From an uncultured delta proteobacterium (GTDB lineage Bacteria; Desulfobacterota; WTBG01): a DNA stretch of 64,000 bases. Under the pieces are notes generated by a model. It did not search any database. It was not told where the DNA came from and was given only the letters and a program-made list of their open reading frames with translations. Where the stretch lies: positions 512,001-576,000 of the forward strand of contig CAWCBP010000008.1 of the NCBI GenBank assembly GCA_963793865.1, written 5' to 3'. Both the position numbers and the translations under genes were made by a program. Position 1 is the first letter of the stretch, and every line of letters begins with the position of its first letter. Positions 9,744 to 22,017 of the stretch are shown in pieces.

Positions 9744-9779
9744 AAAATCCCCATCATCCCGCACGCTGATGGGGATTTT
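9744..9779. terminator. terminator hairpin between convergent genes
   Basis: AAAATCCCCATCA...TGATGGGGATTTT. Confidence 0.7.
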
Positions 9780-9782
9780 CAT

Positions 9783-10364
9783 TTAGAAGACGGCTGAAAA
9801 CACGCCATGCTCGTAGAGCACCTTCAGGCCGATGGCGATGAGGACCAGGCCACCGGTGACTTCGGCATAGCTGCTCAGATGGGAGGACGCTCCCGCCTTT
9901 TTCCCCAGGTGCAGTCCGGCAGCAGTGCCAATGGTGGCGACCACTCCGATGACCAGCGCCGGAAGCCAGATGGAAATCTTAAGCAGTGCCAAACTTAAGC
10001 CCACCGCCAGGGCATCAATGCTGGTGGCGACGGAGAGCATTACCAGCCGCAAGCCCCTGGTCGGGTCATTCCTTGGGCGTTCTTCCTTCTTTTTCTCCAT
10101 TGCCTCCAATATCATGTGACCTCCCACCAGTGCCAGCAGCACAAATGCAACCCAGTGATCATAGTGTTCGATGAGAGGTCGTACCGTCAGGCCTCCACTC
10201 CAGCCAATGATGGGCATGAGGGCCTGGAAGAAGCCAAAATGCCATGCCAGCCTGAATGTTTGACGGGGGCTGACAATTTTTAAACTGACTCCGCTCGCGA
10301 CTGCCACGGCAAAGGCATCCATTGCCAGGGCAAGGGCAGTCCCCATCAGGGTTGCGATATCCAT
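9783..10364 (-). CDS. mntP: manganese efflux pump MntP
   Basis: LAMDAFAVA, FGFFQALMP, DHW, ATSIDALAVG motifs. Confidence 0.92.
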   Translation of the reverse strand: MDIATLMGTALALAMDAFAVAVASGVSLKIVSPRQTFRLAWHFGFFQALMPIIGWSGGLTVRPLIEHYDHWVAFVLLALVGGHMILEAMEKKKEERPRNDPTRGLRLVMLSVATSIDALAVGLSLALLKISIWLPALVIGVVATIGTAAGLHLGKKAGASSHLSSYAEVTGGLVLIAIGLKVLYEHGVFSAVF

Positions 10365-10477
10365 TTCACTTACCTTCCTGTGAGCATCAGCTGTTTTTGC
10401 GTGCTCATCATGCTATGATTACTGACTGTCCGGATAGCATACAGGTCTGTAAACAAGGCCGCGAATGGGGTATATGA

Positions 10478-11233
10478 CTAGCATGCATCATTAAAAAAGT
10501 CATTATCTTTCACGCAATCTTGCTCATCGGCCAGGTGATTAATCGCGGAGCATCGCTCCTTGAGCCAGCCGTTTTCCCGTCCGCTGAAATGAGTATTTCT
10601 GCCGATGATGATGTGGTCATGGACCACGATATCAATAGTCAGTGCCGCCCTTTCCAGCGCCTCGGTAAGCCGCCTGTCCGCCTGGGAGGGACTGGGGTCG
10701 CCGCTGGGATGATTATGGACAACAATCAATGCCGAGGCATTATGCCGCAGCGCATTGACCATGACCTTTCGTGGATAAACCGCCGTTTGGTTGACGGTTC
10801 CCTCCTCCAGGATTTCCGTTTCAATCAGCTCATTCTTGGCGGAGAGGTATATTACCATGAACTGCTCATTTTTTTCGCCGGAAAGGGCGTGGTGGCAAAA
10901 ATTAAGGACATCCTGCGGAGACCCCAGCAGCTCTTTATTTTTGAGCCGGCTTTTCAGGTAGAGGGTGGATCCTTCTTTCAATAATTTTATCAGCACGGCA
11001 GACCGCTCTCCTATTCCCGGGCAGGCTATGAGTTCATCGAACGATGCGTCGAATACGCTCTTGATGCTGCCTAAACGCTCAAGCAGCGTTTTTGCAACCG
11101 GCTTTACATCTCTGCGGGGTATGGCGTAGGTCAGCAGCAGTTCAATAAATTCGTAATCGTGAAGCCCTTCGAGCCCGTTTTTTTGAAACCGCTCACGCAA
11201 CCGTTTGCGATGTCCGGCATGGGGAGAGGTCAT
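10478..11233 (-). CDS. radC: RadC family JAB-domain protein
   Basis: GHRKRLRERF, HhH GIG, VYPR, HNHPSGDPSPSQAD, DHIII. Alternative start at 11251. Confidence 0.92.
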   Translation of the reverse strand: MTSPHAGHRKRLRERFQKNGLEGLHDYEFIELLLTYAIPRRDVKPVAKTLLERLGSIKSVFDASFDELIACPGIGERSAVLIKLLKEGSTLYLKSRLKNKELLGSPQDVLNFCHHALSGEKNEQFMVIYLSAKNELIETEILEEGTVNQTAVYPRKVMVNALRHNASALIVVHNHPSGDPSPSQADRRLTEALERAALTIDIVVHDHIIIGRNTHFSGRENGWLKERCSAINHLADEQDCVKDNDFFNDAC

Positions 11234-11505
11234 AGCCTTTCCGGTTTCCATAATAAGAATCAAGCAGCTGGTTTTGGATTTGCATAAAAATGGTGTTGGC
11301 AGAGGAGCATTTATTAAAGTGGCATCCGGCAGGTTATAATGCAAATTCAGAGCCAGGCATGGGTGCCACGCTGCCTGGAGAACCAAAAATGATTCTATTT
11401 ATCAGTTAATTGCCTTGTGCGGGGGACATATAAGTTGACTTTACCTCTTTCAATGATACAATTCGAAAAAAATAAAGGGTATCATCTTCAGTTGAGGAGA
11501 AGACC

Positions 11506-11928
11506 ATGGCCGGAGTAAACAAGGTAATCCTGATTGGACGTTTAGGTGGAGATCCCGAGGTGAGATATACCAATACCGGGACGGCGGTAGCCAATTTTAA
11601 CATGGCTACGAGCACTAATTTTACCGACAAGAGTGGCCAGAAGAGCGAGCGGACCGAATGGCATCGCATCGTGGCCTTCGGGAAGCTGGGCGAAATCTGC
11701 GGGGAGTATCTAGCCAAGGGAAAGCAGGTGTACATCGAGGGCAGACTGCAGACCAAGGATTGGGAGGACCGCGACGGTAACAAGCGCAAGACCACGGAGA
11801 TAGTCGCTACCTCGATGCAGATGCTTGGATCCGCGGGGGAGCATGTGAGGGCGGAAGGGCGCGATGTTGAGCCCCCTGTCAGCGATGATGCGCCTAATAC
11901 GGTTACAGAAGATGATGTGCCCTTTTAA
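11506..11928 (+). CDS. ssb: single-stranded DNA-binding protein
   Basis: [19 protein letters not shown]-terminal DDVPF. Confidence 0.97.
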   Translation: MAGVNKVILIGRLGGDPEVRYTNTGTAVANFNMATSTNFTDKSGQKSERTEWHRIVAFGKLGEICGEYLAKGKQVYIEGRLQTKDWEDRDGNKRKTTEIVATSMQMLGSAGEHVRAEGRDVEPPVSDDAPNTVTEDDVPF

Positions 11929-11982
11929 TACCAGTATTCGGACGCGACGGAACGCGTCTCTCCCTGTGAGTTTTATCGACAC

Positions 11983-12010
11983 GTAGGGGCGACCGGCCGG
12001 TCGCCCCTAC
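11983..12010. repeat. perfect 28-bp GTAG-ended REP palindrome
   Basis: GTAGGGGCGACCGGCCGGTCGCCCCTAC. A second degenerate hairpin (GACGCG..CGCGTC) lies at 11941-11958. Confidence 0.75.
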
Positions 12011-12070
12011 AGAGATTTTATTTTTAATCAAAATGTCCGGGATTTGGACGGCGCAGAATCATAGATGATG

Positions 12071-12110
12071 AAAAAAACAAAGCCCCCATTTGACGGGGGC
12101 TTTGTTTTTT
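12071..12110. terminator. bidirectional terminator between ssb and groEL
   Basis: AAAAAAACAAAGCCCCC-attTGAc-GGGGGCTTTGTTTTTT. Confidence 0.9.
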
Positions 12111-12140
12111 GTAGCCTGCTCCTGTAGTAAAGCCGTTTTT

Positions 12141-14080
<1,940 letters not shown>

Positions 14081-14212
14081 CGTGATATGACCTCCTTACG
14101 GTGTGATAGTTGAAATCGCCTTTTGTCCCTTTCATGAAAATGTGCCACAATGGTCTGTAACGTCGCTCACCTCCTTTGTCCCTTTATTCCATTTCGTATC
14201 TCTGCCGAGATA

Positions 14213-14239
14213 TTAGCACTCATCAAAGAAGAGTGCTAG
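14213..14239. promoter_or_regulatory. CIRCE element (HrcA operator) in the groESL leader
   Basis: TTAGCACTC-N9-GAGTGCTAG, one mismatch to TTAGCACTC-N9-GAGTGCTAA. Confidence 0.92.
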
Positions 14240-14400
14240 CAATTGTATATTTTTTGTAATTTAAGGCAATGTCTGAAATATGGTTTAATTGGCTTATTTA
14301 GGAAGAAATCGGGGAAAAATTGAACATTAGCTCTCTTTTTTGAATTATTTCATAGTATTTAATTATAATTTTTGTTAATTCAGGTTTTAAAATATCCTAA

Positions 14401-14428
14401 ACTATATAAATCCTTTTTTCAATGTCAA
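14401..14428 (-). promoter_or_regulatory. sigma70-type promoter for groESL
   Basis: Minus strand TTGACA-N16-TATAGT. Confidence 0.55.
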
Positions 14429-14570
14429 GGGGCGCTGAAAAAATAATCTTTGGACGAACCGGGGCATTTATCCTGATGCGAAGGTTTTACTGTTGATGTT
14501 TAGCCATTTTGTGATAGTTTTGATGCCATGATTTTATAAACACCGGCATACATCGTTACATGAGGAATCA

Positions 14571-15632
14571 ATGGCTGACATGACAAAAGAGACGCAGATT
14601 CGTGAAATGCTGGAGCGCGATGAAGAAAAAATACTGTCTCCTCACGCGCAGTTCAGTTCCCGGACCAAAGGCAGAATGCGGCAGGAGGAAGCCTGCGAGC
14701 TCCGCCCGGCCTTCCAGCATGACCGGGACAGGATTCTCCATTCCAAGTCCTTCAGACGATTAAAGCACAAAACCCAGGTTTTTCTGGCCCCGACCGGCGA
14801 CCATTACCGGACCCGGCTTACGCATACCCTGGAAGTTTCGCAGATTGCACGCACCATAGCAAAATCATTGCGACTCAATGAAGACCTGACGGAGGCCATC
14901 GCCCTGGGCCATGACCTGGGCCATACCTCATTTGGCCATGCCGGTGAATCCGTGCTCAATGAAATTGTGCCGGGCGGCTTCCGGCATCCGGAGCAGAGCC
15001 TGAGGGTGGTGGACGTTCTGGAGAAGGACGGTCAGGGGTTAAACCTGACCCACGAGGTGAGGGACGGTATTCTCAGGCATTCCAAAGGGGAGGGGGAAAT
15101 TATTTCCGACGATCCGCAATCGATGCCCGAGACCCTGGAGGGGAGGGCGGTCCGCGTCGCGGACATCATCGCCTATGTGAATCATGACATCGATGATGCC
15201 ATCCGCGCGGGTGTCATCGCCTACGGCGACCTCCCGCGGGATTGCGTTCGGTTTCTGGGCGACTCTCAAAGCAGCCGCATAGACGCGATGGTCAAGGATG
15301 TGGTCCGGATGGGCCTCCGTTACGATGGCGGGAGGGTGGCCTTGAGCGAACCTTTTATGGAAGTGACCATGAAGCTGAGGGCGTTCCTCTACAGCAACGT
15401 CTATTTTGCGCCGGCGGTATTTGCCAATTTTATCAAGGCCTCAAAAATATTAAAGGAGCTGTACAATTATTTTTTGGAGAACGAGGAACAGTTCTTGAAG
15501 GAATCGGGCTTGTCAAACGGCGGAGATTCCCTTGATCGGCGTGCCTGCGATTTTGTGGCGGGCATGACTGATCGCTATGCCTTCAGCTTTTATGAAAAGC
15601 TGTTTCTTCCACAGCCCTGGCTGATCATGTAA
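14571..15632 (+). CDS. dgt: deoxyguanosinetriphosphate triphosphohydrolase (short HD form)
   Basis: [48 protein letters not shown]. Confidence 0.93.
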   Translation: MADMTKETQIREMLERDEEKILSPHAQFSSRTKGRMRQEEACELRPAFQHDRDRILHSKSFRRLKHKTQVFLAPTGDHYRTRLTHTLEVSQIARTIAKSLRLNEDLTEAIALGHDLGHTSFGHAGESVLNEIVPGGFRHPEQSLRVVDVLEKDGQGLNLTHEVRDGILRHSKGEGEIISDDPQSMPETLEGRAVRVADIIAYVNHDIDDAIRAGVIAYGDLPRDCVRFLGDSQSSRIDAMVKDVVRMGLRYDGGRVALSEPFMEVTMKLRAFLYSNVYFAPAVFANFIKASKILKELYNYFLENEEQFLKESGLSNGGDSLDRRACDFVAGMTDRYAFSFYEKLFLPQPWLIM

Positions 15633-15791
15633 CAAACAGGCTGTTGAAAAACACCCATCTGCTTCGTTACGCTCATCCTTCGTCATTGCGGCGTACTTGC
15701 ATGTACGCCTCATTCCTTAGGATTTCGCGTGCCTTGCATCTGGATGTTTTTGAACAGCCTGAGGAAACCTGCTTTTTTAACAACCTGCTAG
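15633..15791 (+). mobile_element. MITE-like element, copy 1
   Basis: TIRs CAGGCTGTTGAAAAACA (15637) and TGTTTTTGAACAGCCTG (to 15761), plus a third outer TIR TTTTTTAACAACCTGCTAG. Near-identical inverted copy at 57412-57570. Confidence 0.85.
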
Positions 15792-17164
15792 ATTAATGGG
15801 ACGCTTACGCGGTAGGCGTAGCGCCCTCTTCCAATGACCATGAAGAGTGACGAGGCATCGCGGTAGCGTATCAAAGACTCGTAAAACTGCTTTTCAGATT
15901 TTATTTCCCTGTCGCCGACCTGGAATATTATATCCCCGGGTCTCATACCGATATATGCCGCGGGTCCTTCGGGGTCTATCCGGTTAACGCGCATCCCCCC
16001 CTGATTATGTTCCTTTGCTTCTATTCCCAGCAGATCCCGTCCGAGTTCGGAAGCCCGCTGTAAAGGATACTCCGTGGTCGTAAGGGAAACCGTCTTTTCC
16101 TTTCCCTCACGGAATATCCTCAAATGCATTTTTTCCCCCGCAATGAGCCCCTGGCTGCAGGTAGCGAAAGCCCGGCGGTCATTCATGAGCCTGCCGTTCA
16201 TGTCCAGAATAATATCTCCCGGGACCAGGGATCCGGCTGCCGGGCTCTGAGCATCGACTTTGAAAATGACCACCCCCGTTTTGCCGCTATACTCGAGCGA
16301 CTGTTTAATCTCGCCGGTCAGATCTTTTACCCGGATGCCGGAATAGGCAGGATGAACCGCCCCGTATGCGAGCAGGTCTTTGGCTATGAGATTTACCTTG
16401 TCAATGGGAATGGCAAAACCGATGCCCTGCCCCTCCTGGTAAATGGCGGTATTGATGCCGACGATTTCCCCGTTGAGATTCACCAGCGGACCGCCCGAAT
16501 TGCCGGGGTTGATGGCGGCATCGGTCTGAATAAAGTTTTCATAAATCCGGCTTTCTGTTTTGAGTGACCGGTTGACTGCGGAGATCACGCCGGTGGTTAC
16601 GGTATGCGAGAGCCCGAAGGGGTTTCCGATGGCTACCACTGTTTCACCCGGCATAAGGTCTGATGAGGTGCCGGCAGGGATAAAGGGGAGTTTTTCATCG
16701 GTCTGGAGCTTCAGCACGGCAATGTCAAAATCCTCGTCCGCCCCGATGACCTTTGCGGTGAAGGTCCTGTTGTCCGCCAGCGTAACCGCGATGTTTGTGG
16801 CGCGGGCGATGACGTGCTCGTTGGTGACCACATGCCCTTCCGGATCTATGATAAAGCCGGAACCGAGCGAGGTGCGTGAACGCTGCGCCGGCACGGTATC
16901 AAAGAAGTCCCGGAAAAAACTGTCAGCGAAGGGATCCATTCTGCTGAACGGGTTGGACTGGATGATCTCCTCGGTGGATATATTCACCACCCCCGGTGAT
17001 ACTTTTTGCACCGCCCTGACAACCGGGGTCAGACGCGGACTGTCAGTCTGGCCGCTCGTCGGGGGACAGGGCACAAGAATAAAAAGCAGGGCAATCAGAT
17101 ACAGGTATGGGTTTTTCACGCCGCGCATCCTCAGGGTTTCAGGTTTTTGAATTTGAGCCCGCAT
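15788..17164 (-). CDS. HtrA/DegQ family serine protease with PDZ domains
   Basis: SLGSGFII, TNEHV, DIAVLK, IQTDAAINPGNSGGPL, two PDZ-like domains, N-terminal hydrophobic segment. Start uncertain. Confidence 0.93.
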   Translation of the reverse strand: MRAQIQKPETLRMRGVKNPYLYLIALLFILVPCPPTSGQTDSPRLTPVVRAVQKVSPGVVNISTEEIIQSNPFSRMDPFADSFFRDFFDTVPAQRSRTSLGSGFIIDPEGHVVTNEHVIARATNIAVTLADNRTFTAKVIGADEDFDIAVLKLQTDEKLPFIPAGTSSDLMPGETVVAIGNPFGLSHTVTTGVISAVNRSLKTESRIYENFIQTDAAINPGNSGGPLVNLNGEIVGINTAIYQEGQGIGFAIPIDKVNLIAKDLLAYGAVHPAYSGIRVKDLTGEIKQSLEYSGKTGVVIFKVDAQSPAAGSLVPGDIILDMNGRLMNDRRAFATCSQGLIAGEKMHLRIFREGKEKTVSLTTTEYPLQRASELGRDLLGIEAKEHNQGGMRVNRIDPEGPAAYIGMRPGDIIFQVGDREIKSEKQFYESLIRYRDASSLFMVIGRGRYAYRVSVPLI

Positions 17165-17358
17165 ACCACATGGCTGTGAGGGTGTGTCATAATGTCATTG
17201 ATGCCACGAAACTTGTCAGTCTAGCATATGTTTTCTTATATTTCGATCTGTATTTAACGTTGTAAAGAGTGAGGGGGCGATGGTTTTTCATCACCCCCTC
17301 ATCCGTGCAGAATGTTATTGTAATAATTTTACTGTCCGCTGTTCATCTGCGAAGCCAT

Positions 17359-17760
17359 TCACTCCGAAGTCACTTCGATCCTGCGCGGTACGGCCTTTTC
17401 CGCCTTGGGCAGCGTCAGCGTCAGCACGCCATCCGCCATTTTGGCAGTTATTTTGTCGAGGTCTATCAACTCTGCCGCTATGGTAAACTGCCGGTAATAA
17501 TTTCCCGTCTCGTATTCTCTGCGGAGGGCGGTTTCATGTGGCGCCGGCGCCTCGACCTTCCCCATGATTTTTAACTGGTCGTCTTTTATGTCGATGCTCA
17601 CCCCGTTTTTGTTTACGCCCGGCATGTCGGCCACGACGGTGATGCTGCTTTTATCTTCGTAGACGTCTACCGGAGGGATAAAGCTGGGCATCCCCCGCGT
17701 TGTTTCGCCCCTTGTAGCCTCGACCTGTTTTTCTGTTTTTTTAATTTCCTCTGCGCTCAT
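17359..17760 (-). CDS. Hsp20/alpha-crystallin family protein
   Basis: PPVDVYE, ADMPGV, DGVLTLTLPKAE. Confidence 0.93.
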   Translation of the reverse strand: MSAEEIKKTEKQVEATRGETTRGMPSFIPPVDVYEDKSSITVVADMPGVNKNGVSIDIKDDQLKIMGKVEAPAPHETALRREYETGNYYRQFTIAAELIDLDKITAKMADGVLTLTLPKAEKAVPRRIEVTSE

Positions 17761-17785
17761 GAATGATCCTCCCCGCTGCGAAGCG

Positions 17786-18229
17786 TTACGCTGTTTTTAT
17801 TTCGATCTGTTTTGGCTTTGCCTGCTCTGCCTTGGGCAGCACAACGGTCAATATTCCATCCCTGTACGAGGCGCTGATTTTATCGGGACTTACCTGGCAG
17901 GACATGCCAATGATCCGGTTAAATGAGCCGAACTCGCGCTCCCGCTGATGGTAATTGACCTCTTTGCCGACCCCCGCCGACCGGCGCTCGCCGCGGATGG
18001 TTATGGAATCAGGAGTGGCGGTGATATCAATATCTTTGGGGTTAATACCCGGGATTTCCGTCCGCAGATAGAGGTTGTCCTTGGTTTCGCTGATGTTGAG
18101 GGCGGGGAAAATACCCCGGGACATTCCTGATCTCCATCGGTAATCGCCGAATACCCGGTCAACGGCGGTTCTCAGGGAATCAAGCTCTCTGAAGGGATCA
18201 ATGCTTTCTCTCCATTGTAATAGGGCCAT
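17786..18229 (-). CDS. Hsp20/alpha-crystallin family protein
   Basis: FPALNI, EIPG, REREFGSF.R, YRDGILTVVLPK. Confidence 0.93.
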   Translation of the reverse strand: MALLQWRESIDPFRELDSLRTAVDRVFGDYRWRSGMSRGIFPALNISETKDNLYLRTEIPGINPKDIDITATPDSITIRGERRSAGVGKEVNYHQREREFGSFNRIIGMSCQVSPDKISASYRDGILTVVLPKAEQAKPKQIEIKTA

Positions 18230-18443
18230 GATGTATACCTCCTGCCTGGTGTTAAATGAAGCGTATTTCGTCGATTGTAAACAAACTTTGCTTCAATACC
18301 TAATCATCCCATAATGGTGTGTCAAGCGTGCCGGACAAAAAAATCCCGCCCGGCATCATCAGGTGGAATGGCCGGCGGGTCAGATGGGTGGCGTGATAGT
18401 AGGGGGAGAAATACAGCGGAACGGAAGCAGGGGTGATGGCTGA

Positions 18444-21302
18444 TTACCCGGTTTCAGCGTTGTTTTTCGGGAGCGGGGCTTTTGATCTGTCTTTGGCAAG
18501 AATGCTTTTCAGAAAAAGACCCGTATGGGTATGCCGGCCTTCAGCCACCTCCTCCGGCGATCCCGTGGCAACCACCTCGCCCCCCCTGTCGCCTCCCTCG
18601 GGACCCAGGTCTATGATGTAGTCGGCTGTTTTGATGACCTCCATGTTGTGCTCAATGACAATGACGGTGTTGCCCCTCTCGGTGAGCTTATTGAGCACCT
18701 CCAGGAGCTTGTGAATGTCGGCGAAGTGAAGACCGGTGGTCGGCTCATCCAGGATATAGAGTGTCCTCCCCGTGCTTTTGCGGCTCAGCTCCTTGGAAAG
18801 CTTGATCCGCTGCGCTTCCCCGCCGGAGAGGGTGGTTGCCGGCTGTCCCAGGGTGATGTAGCCGAGGCCCACATCGATCAGGGTCTTCAGCTTGGATTTG
18901 ACGGGGGGGATGTTTTCGAGAAAGGAAAAGGCCTGGTTGACGGTCATGTCCAGCACCTCGGCGATGTTTTTCCCCTTGTACTGGATTTCCAGGGTTTCCC
19001 GGTTGTAGCGCTTGCCTTTGCAGGTTTCGCAGGTGACGTGCACATCGGGAAGAAAGTGCATTTCGATCTTGATGAGCCCGTCGCCGCAGCAGGCTTCACA
19101 TCGCCCGCCCTTCACGTTAAAGCTGTACCTGCCCGGCCTGTAACCGCGGGCCCTGGATTCGGGGAGGCGGGCAAAAAGGTCCCTGATGTGGGTGAAGGCG
19201 CCGGTGTAGGTTGCGGGATTGGAGCGGGGTGTCCGCCCGATGGGACTCTGATCGATGTCGATCACCTTGTCAATGTATGCCAGGCCCTCAATTTCCTCCA
19301 CCCTGCCCGCCCGCTCTTTGGCGTGATACAGGCGCTGCGCGAGGGCACGGTAGAGGGTGTCGATGATAAGGGTGCTTTTGCCGGATCCGGAAACGCCGGT
19401 AACGCAGGTAAACAGCCCCAGCGGGATCCTGACCGTAATGTTTTTCAGGTTGTTTTCCGCGGCGCCTTTGATGGTGAGAAATTTGCCGCCCGCTTTCTTC
19501 CGGACGGCAGGCACGGGTATTTTCAGGCGCCCGGAAAGATAGTGACCGGTCAGCGAATCCCGGTCGCGGAGGATGTTCTCCGGGCTGCCGCTGAAAACAA
19601 CCTCTCCCCCTTCGCGTCCCGCTCCGGGGCCCATGTCGATAATGTGATCCGCCGCGAGGATGGTCTGCTCGTCATGCTCGACCACCAGCGCCGTATTGCC
19701 GAGGTCCCGCAGCCGCTTCAATGTTTGGAGCAGCTTAACGTTGTCGCGCTGGTGGAGGCCGACGCTGGGCTCATCCAGGATGTAGAGCACGCCCACCAGG
19801 CTCGAACCGATCTGGGTAGCCAGCCGGATGCGCTGCCCCTCGCCGCCCGAAAGGGTGGTTGATGCCCGGTCCAGGGTAAGGTAGTCAACCCCCACCTGGG
19901 TGAGGAAGGTGAGCCGCTCGTTTATTTCCTTCAGCACCCGCTGGGCAATTTTTTTGTCGCGGCTGCCCAGCTTCAGTCCCGCGAAGAATGCCAGGGCCTC
20001 CTTGAGGGACAGCCGGGTGATGTCGTGAATGGAGCGATTGTCGATTTTGATGAAAAGGCTTTCCTGCCTCAGCCGGGAGCCGGCGCAGTCGGGACACACG
20101 CTGGTGTTCATGTACTGGCCCAGCTCCTCGCGCAGCTGGGGAGAGTCGGTTTCCCGGTAGCGGCGGTCCAGATTGGGTATGACCCCCATGAATTCCCGTT
20201 CATGGGAAAAGCGGCGGGCTCCGTCATCATAGTAAAAATTTATTTTTTCATTCCCCGATCCGTAGAGAAGCATCCGCTGCAGTTGCGAAGGCAGGTCTTT
20301 GAAGGGCGTATAAATGTCGAACCGGTAGTGCCGCGAAAGCGCGTCAAGCATCTGGTGGTAGTAGATCGATTTTCTTTTTGCCCAGGGCAGGATGGCGCCC
20401 TCTCTCAGAGAGAGGTGGTGGTTGGGAACAACGAGCTCGGGGTCAAAGTACATCTTGGTTCCCAGCCCGCCGCATGCGGGGCAGGCGCCATGGGGATTGT
20501 TAAAGGAAAAGATGCGGGGGGATATTTCGGGAAAGCTGATGCCGCAGTCGACGCAGGCGCTTTTTTCACTGAAAAGAATCTCCTGCTTGGCGTTGATTTC
20601 AACCCGGGCGGTGCCGCCTGAAAGGTTGAGCGCTGTTTCCAGGGAATCAGCCAGGCGCTTTTCTATCTTTTCCTTGATCACCAGCCGGTCGATGATGACG
20701 TCAATGGTATGCTTCCTGTTCTTGTTGAGCTGGATCTCCTCGCTCAAATCCCGGATCGCACCGTCAACCCTGACCCTGACGAAGCCGCCCTTGCGGAGCT
20801 GATTGAGCTCCTTGCGGTACTCCCCTTTTCTGTCCTGGACGAATGGCGCGAAGAGGATGATCCTGGATTCCGGGGGCAGTTCCATGAGTCCGTCGACCAT
20901 CTGCTGGACGGTCTGGGAGGTGATTTCCCGTCCGCACTTGTAACAGTGCGGCCTGCCGATCCGGGCAAACAGCACGCGCAGGTAGTCATAAATTTCAGTT
21001 ACCGTGCCCACGGTGGAGCGGGGATTTTTGCTCAAGCCGCGCTGCTCAATGGAGATGGCGGGAGAAAGCCCCTCGATTGATTCCACGTCAGGCTTGTCCA
21101 TCTGCTCCAAAAATTGGCGGGCGTAGGCGGACAGGGACTCGACGTACCGCCGCTGACCTTCCGCGTATATGGTGTCGAAGGCGAGCGAGGATTTTCCGGA
21201 GCCGCTGAGGCCGGTAATGACCACCAGCTTGTTGCGGGGGATTTCAAGGTCTATATTCTTTAAGTTGTGCTCCCGGGCACCCCTGATGATGATATTTTCC
21301 AT
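18444..21302 (-). CDS. uvrA: excinuclease ABC subunit A
   Basis: [12 protein letters not shown], two Walker A motifs ([18 protein letters not shown]), zinc fingers, two LSGGE motifs. Confidence 0.98.
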   Translation of the reverse strand: MENIIIRGAREHNLKNIDLEIPRNKLVVITGLSGSGKSSLAFDTIYAEGQRRYVESLSAYARQFLEQMDKPDVESIEGLSPAISIEQRGLSKNPRSTVGTVTEIYDYLRVLFARIGRPHCYKCGREITSQTVQQMVDGLMELPPESRIILFAPFVQDRKGEYRKELNQLRKGGFVRVRVDGAIRDLSEEIQLNKNRKHTIDVIIDRLVIKEKIEKRLADSLETALNLSGGTARVEINAKQEILFSEKSACVDCGISFPEISPRIFSFNNPHGACPACGGLGTKMYFDPELVVPNHHLSLREGAILPWAKRKSIYYHQMLDALSRHYRFDIYTPFKDLPSQLQRMLLYGSGNEKINFYYDDGARRFSHEREFMGVIPNLDRRYRETDSPQLREELGQYMNTSVCPDCAGSRLRQESLFIKIDNRSIHDITRLSLKEALAFFAGLKLGSRDKKIAQRVLKEINERLTFLTQVGVDYLTLDRASTTLSGGEGQRIRLATQIGSSLVGVLYILDEPSVGLHQRDNVKLLQTLKRLRDLGNTALVVEHDEQTILAADHIIDMGPGAGREGGEVVFSGSPENILRDRDSLTGHYLSGRLKIPVPAVRKKAGGKFLTIKGAAENNLKNITVRIPLGLFTCVTGVSGSGKSTLIIDTLYRALAQRLYHAKERAGRVEEIEGLAYIDKVIDIDQSPIGRTPRSNPATYTGAFTHIRDLFARLPESRARGYRPGRYSFNVKGGRCEACCGDGLIKIEMHFLPDVHVTCETCKGKRYNRETLEIQYKGKNIAEVLDMTVNQAFSFLENIPPVKSKLKTLIDVGLGYITLGQPATTLSGGEAQRIKLSKELSRKSTGRTLYILDEPTTGLHFADIHKLLEVLNKLTERGNTVIVIEHNMEVIKTADYIIDLGPEGGDRGGEVVATGSPEEVAEGRHTHTGLFLKSILAKDRSKAPLPKNNAETG

Positions 21303-21467
21303 ACGGCAACAGCCTGTAATGATTGGGGACAGAGTGCTATGCAGCGGACAGGATGCACCGTCTTCCATCCGCGGAGGCAAAATTCTATTGCAATCAGGCG
21401 GACAATGCAAGGGAAATGCTTGCGCTGCGGTTAATACGAAACTCGGGGAAGGGTCTTGCGGAGCGGC

Positions 21468-21674
21468 TCAGGCCTTGGCGAATGAATCGTAGATGGCCGC
21501 CAAGCTTTGCATGAGCTCGGTTTGGGAATTGATGTCGTTTTTGTTGAGCAGCAAGGTGGTGAAGCGGGATTCCTGACGGTCCATTTTCAGGAAAAACCCC
21601 ACATAATCAACCCTGGTCAGAAGAAAGGGTACAATCTCCGGGGCGAAGCTGCTGTCGGGCTGAAAGGAGGCCAT
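21468..21674 (-). CDS. hypothetical small protein (68 aa)
   Basis: GAGGT SD upstream, fills an intergenic gap, no family recognised. Confidence 0.5.
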   Translation of the reverse strand: MASFQPDSSFAPEIVPFLLTRVDYVGFFLKMDRQESRFTTLLLNKNDINSQTELMQSLAAIYDSFAKA

Positions 21675-21787
21675 GCCGTGGTTACCTCACTCAAAATGAT
21701 TGACGGTTGTCGTGTGGTAGCCTATCGGTAGGGTGTGAAATATCTTTAACAAAAAGTTCCGCATCCCCGCGCGCCGGTACCGGGCTG

Positions 21788-21826
21788 AAAAACGCCCCGC
21801 GTAGTATCATGCTCCGCGGGGCGTTT
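21788..21826 (-). terminator. intrinsic terminator after small basic ORF
   Basis: Minus strand AAACGCCCCGCG...CGCGGGGCGTTTTT. Confidence 0.75.
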
Positions 21827-21836
21827 GCATCGCCTG

Positions 21837-21923
21837 CTAGCGCTTGCTGCCTCTTCCAATCCGCTTTATCTTTTTCTTCTTCTTTTTTTTCTTTGCCTTC
21901 TGCTGCCTGCTGATTTTACCCAT
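21837..21923 (-). CDS. 28-aa highly basic peptide MGKISRQQKAKKKKKKKKIKRIGRGSKR (not in ORF track)
   Basis: AAGGAGG SD 7 nt before ATG, mixed AAA/AAG codons, terminator directly after the stop. Confidence 0.7.
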   Translation of the reverse strand: MGKISRQQKAKKKKKKKKIKRIGRGSKR

Positions 21924-22017
21924 CTCTTCCCTCCTTCAGGCAAAAAGTTGTGTGGTTATGCAGCCGTTCCCGTAAACAATTCCGCTTCATGCGGGTGAAG
22001 CGGGCAGATGTCCTTAA

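Noticed and set aside
10365..10477. yybP-ykoY Mn riboswitch upstream of mntP
   Set aside because: Small hairpins are present but I could not find the conserved GGGGAGUAG-type core. cmscan would settle it.
14085..14210. Extra AAGGAGGTG and a possible short ORF in the groES leader
   Set aside because: The SD overlaps the GTG with no spacer, so there is no credible ORF.
18525..19862. Long antisense ORFs over uvrA (445 aa) and across the dcw genes (e.g. 46734-47999)
   Set aside because: Typical shadow ORFs of GC3-rich coding strands.
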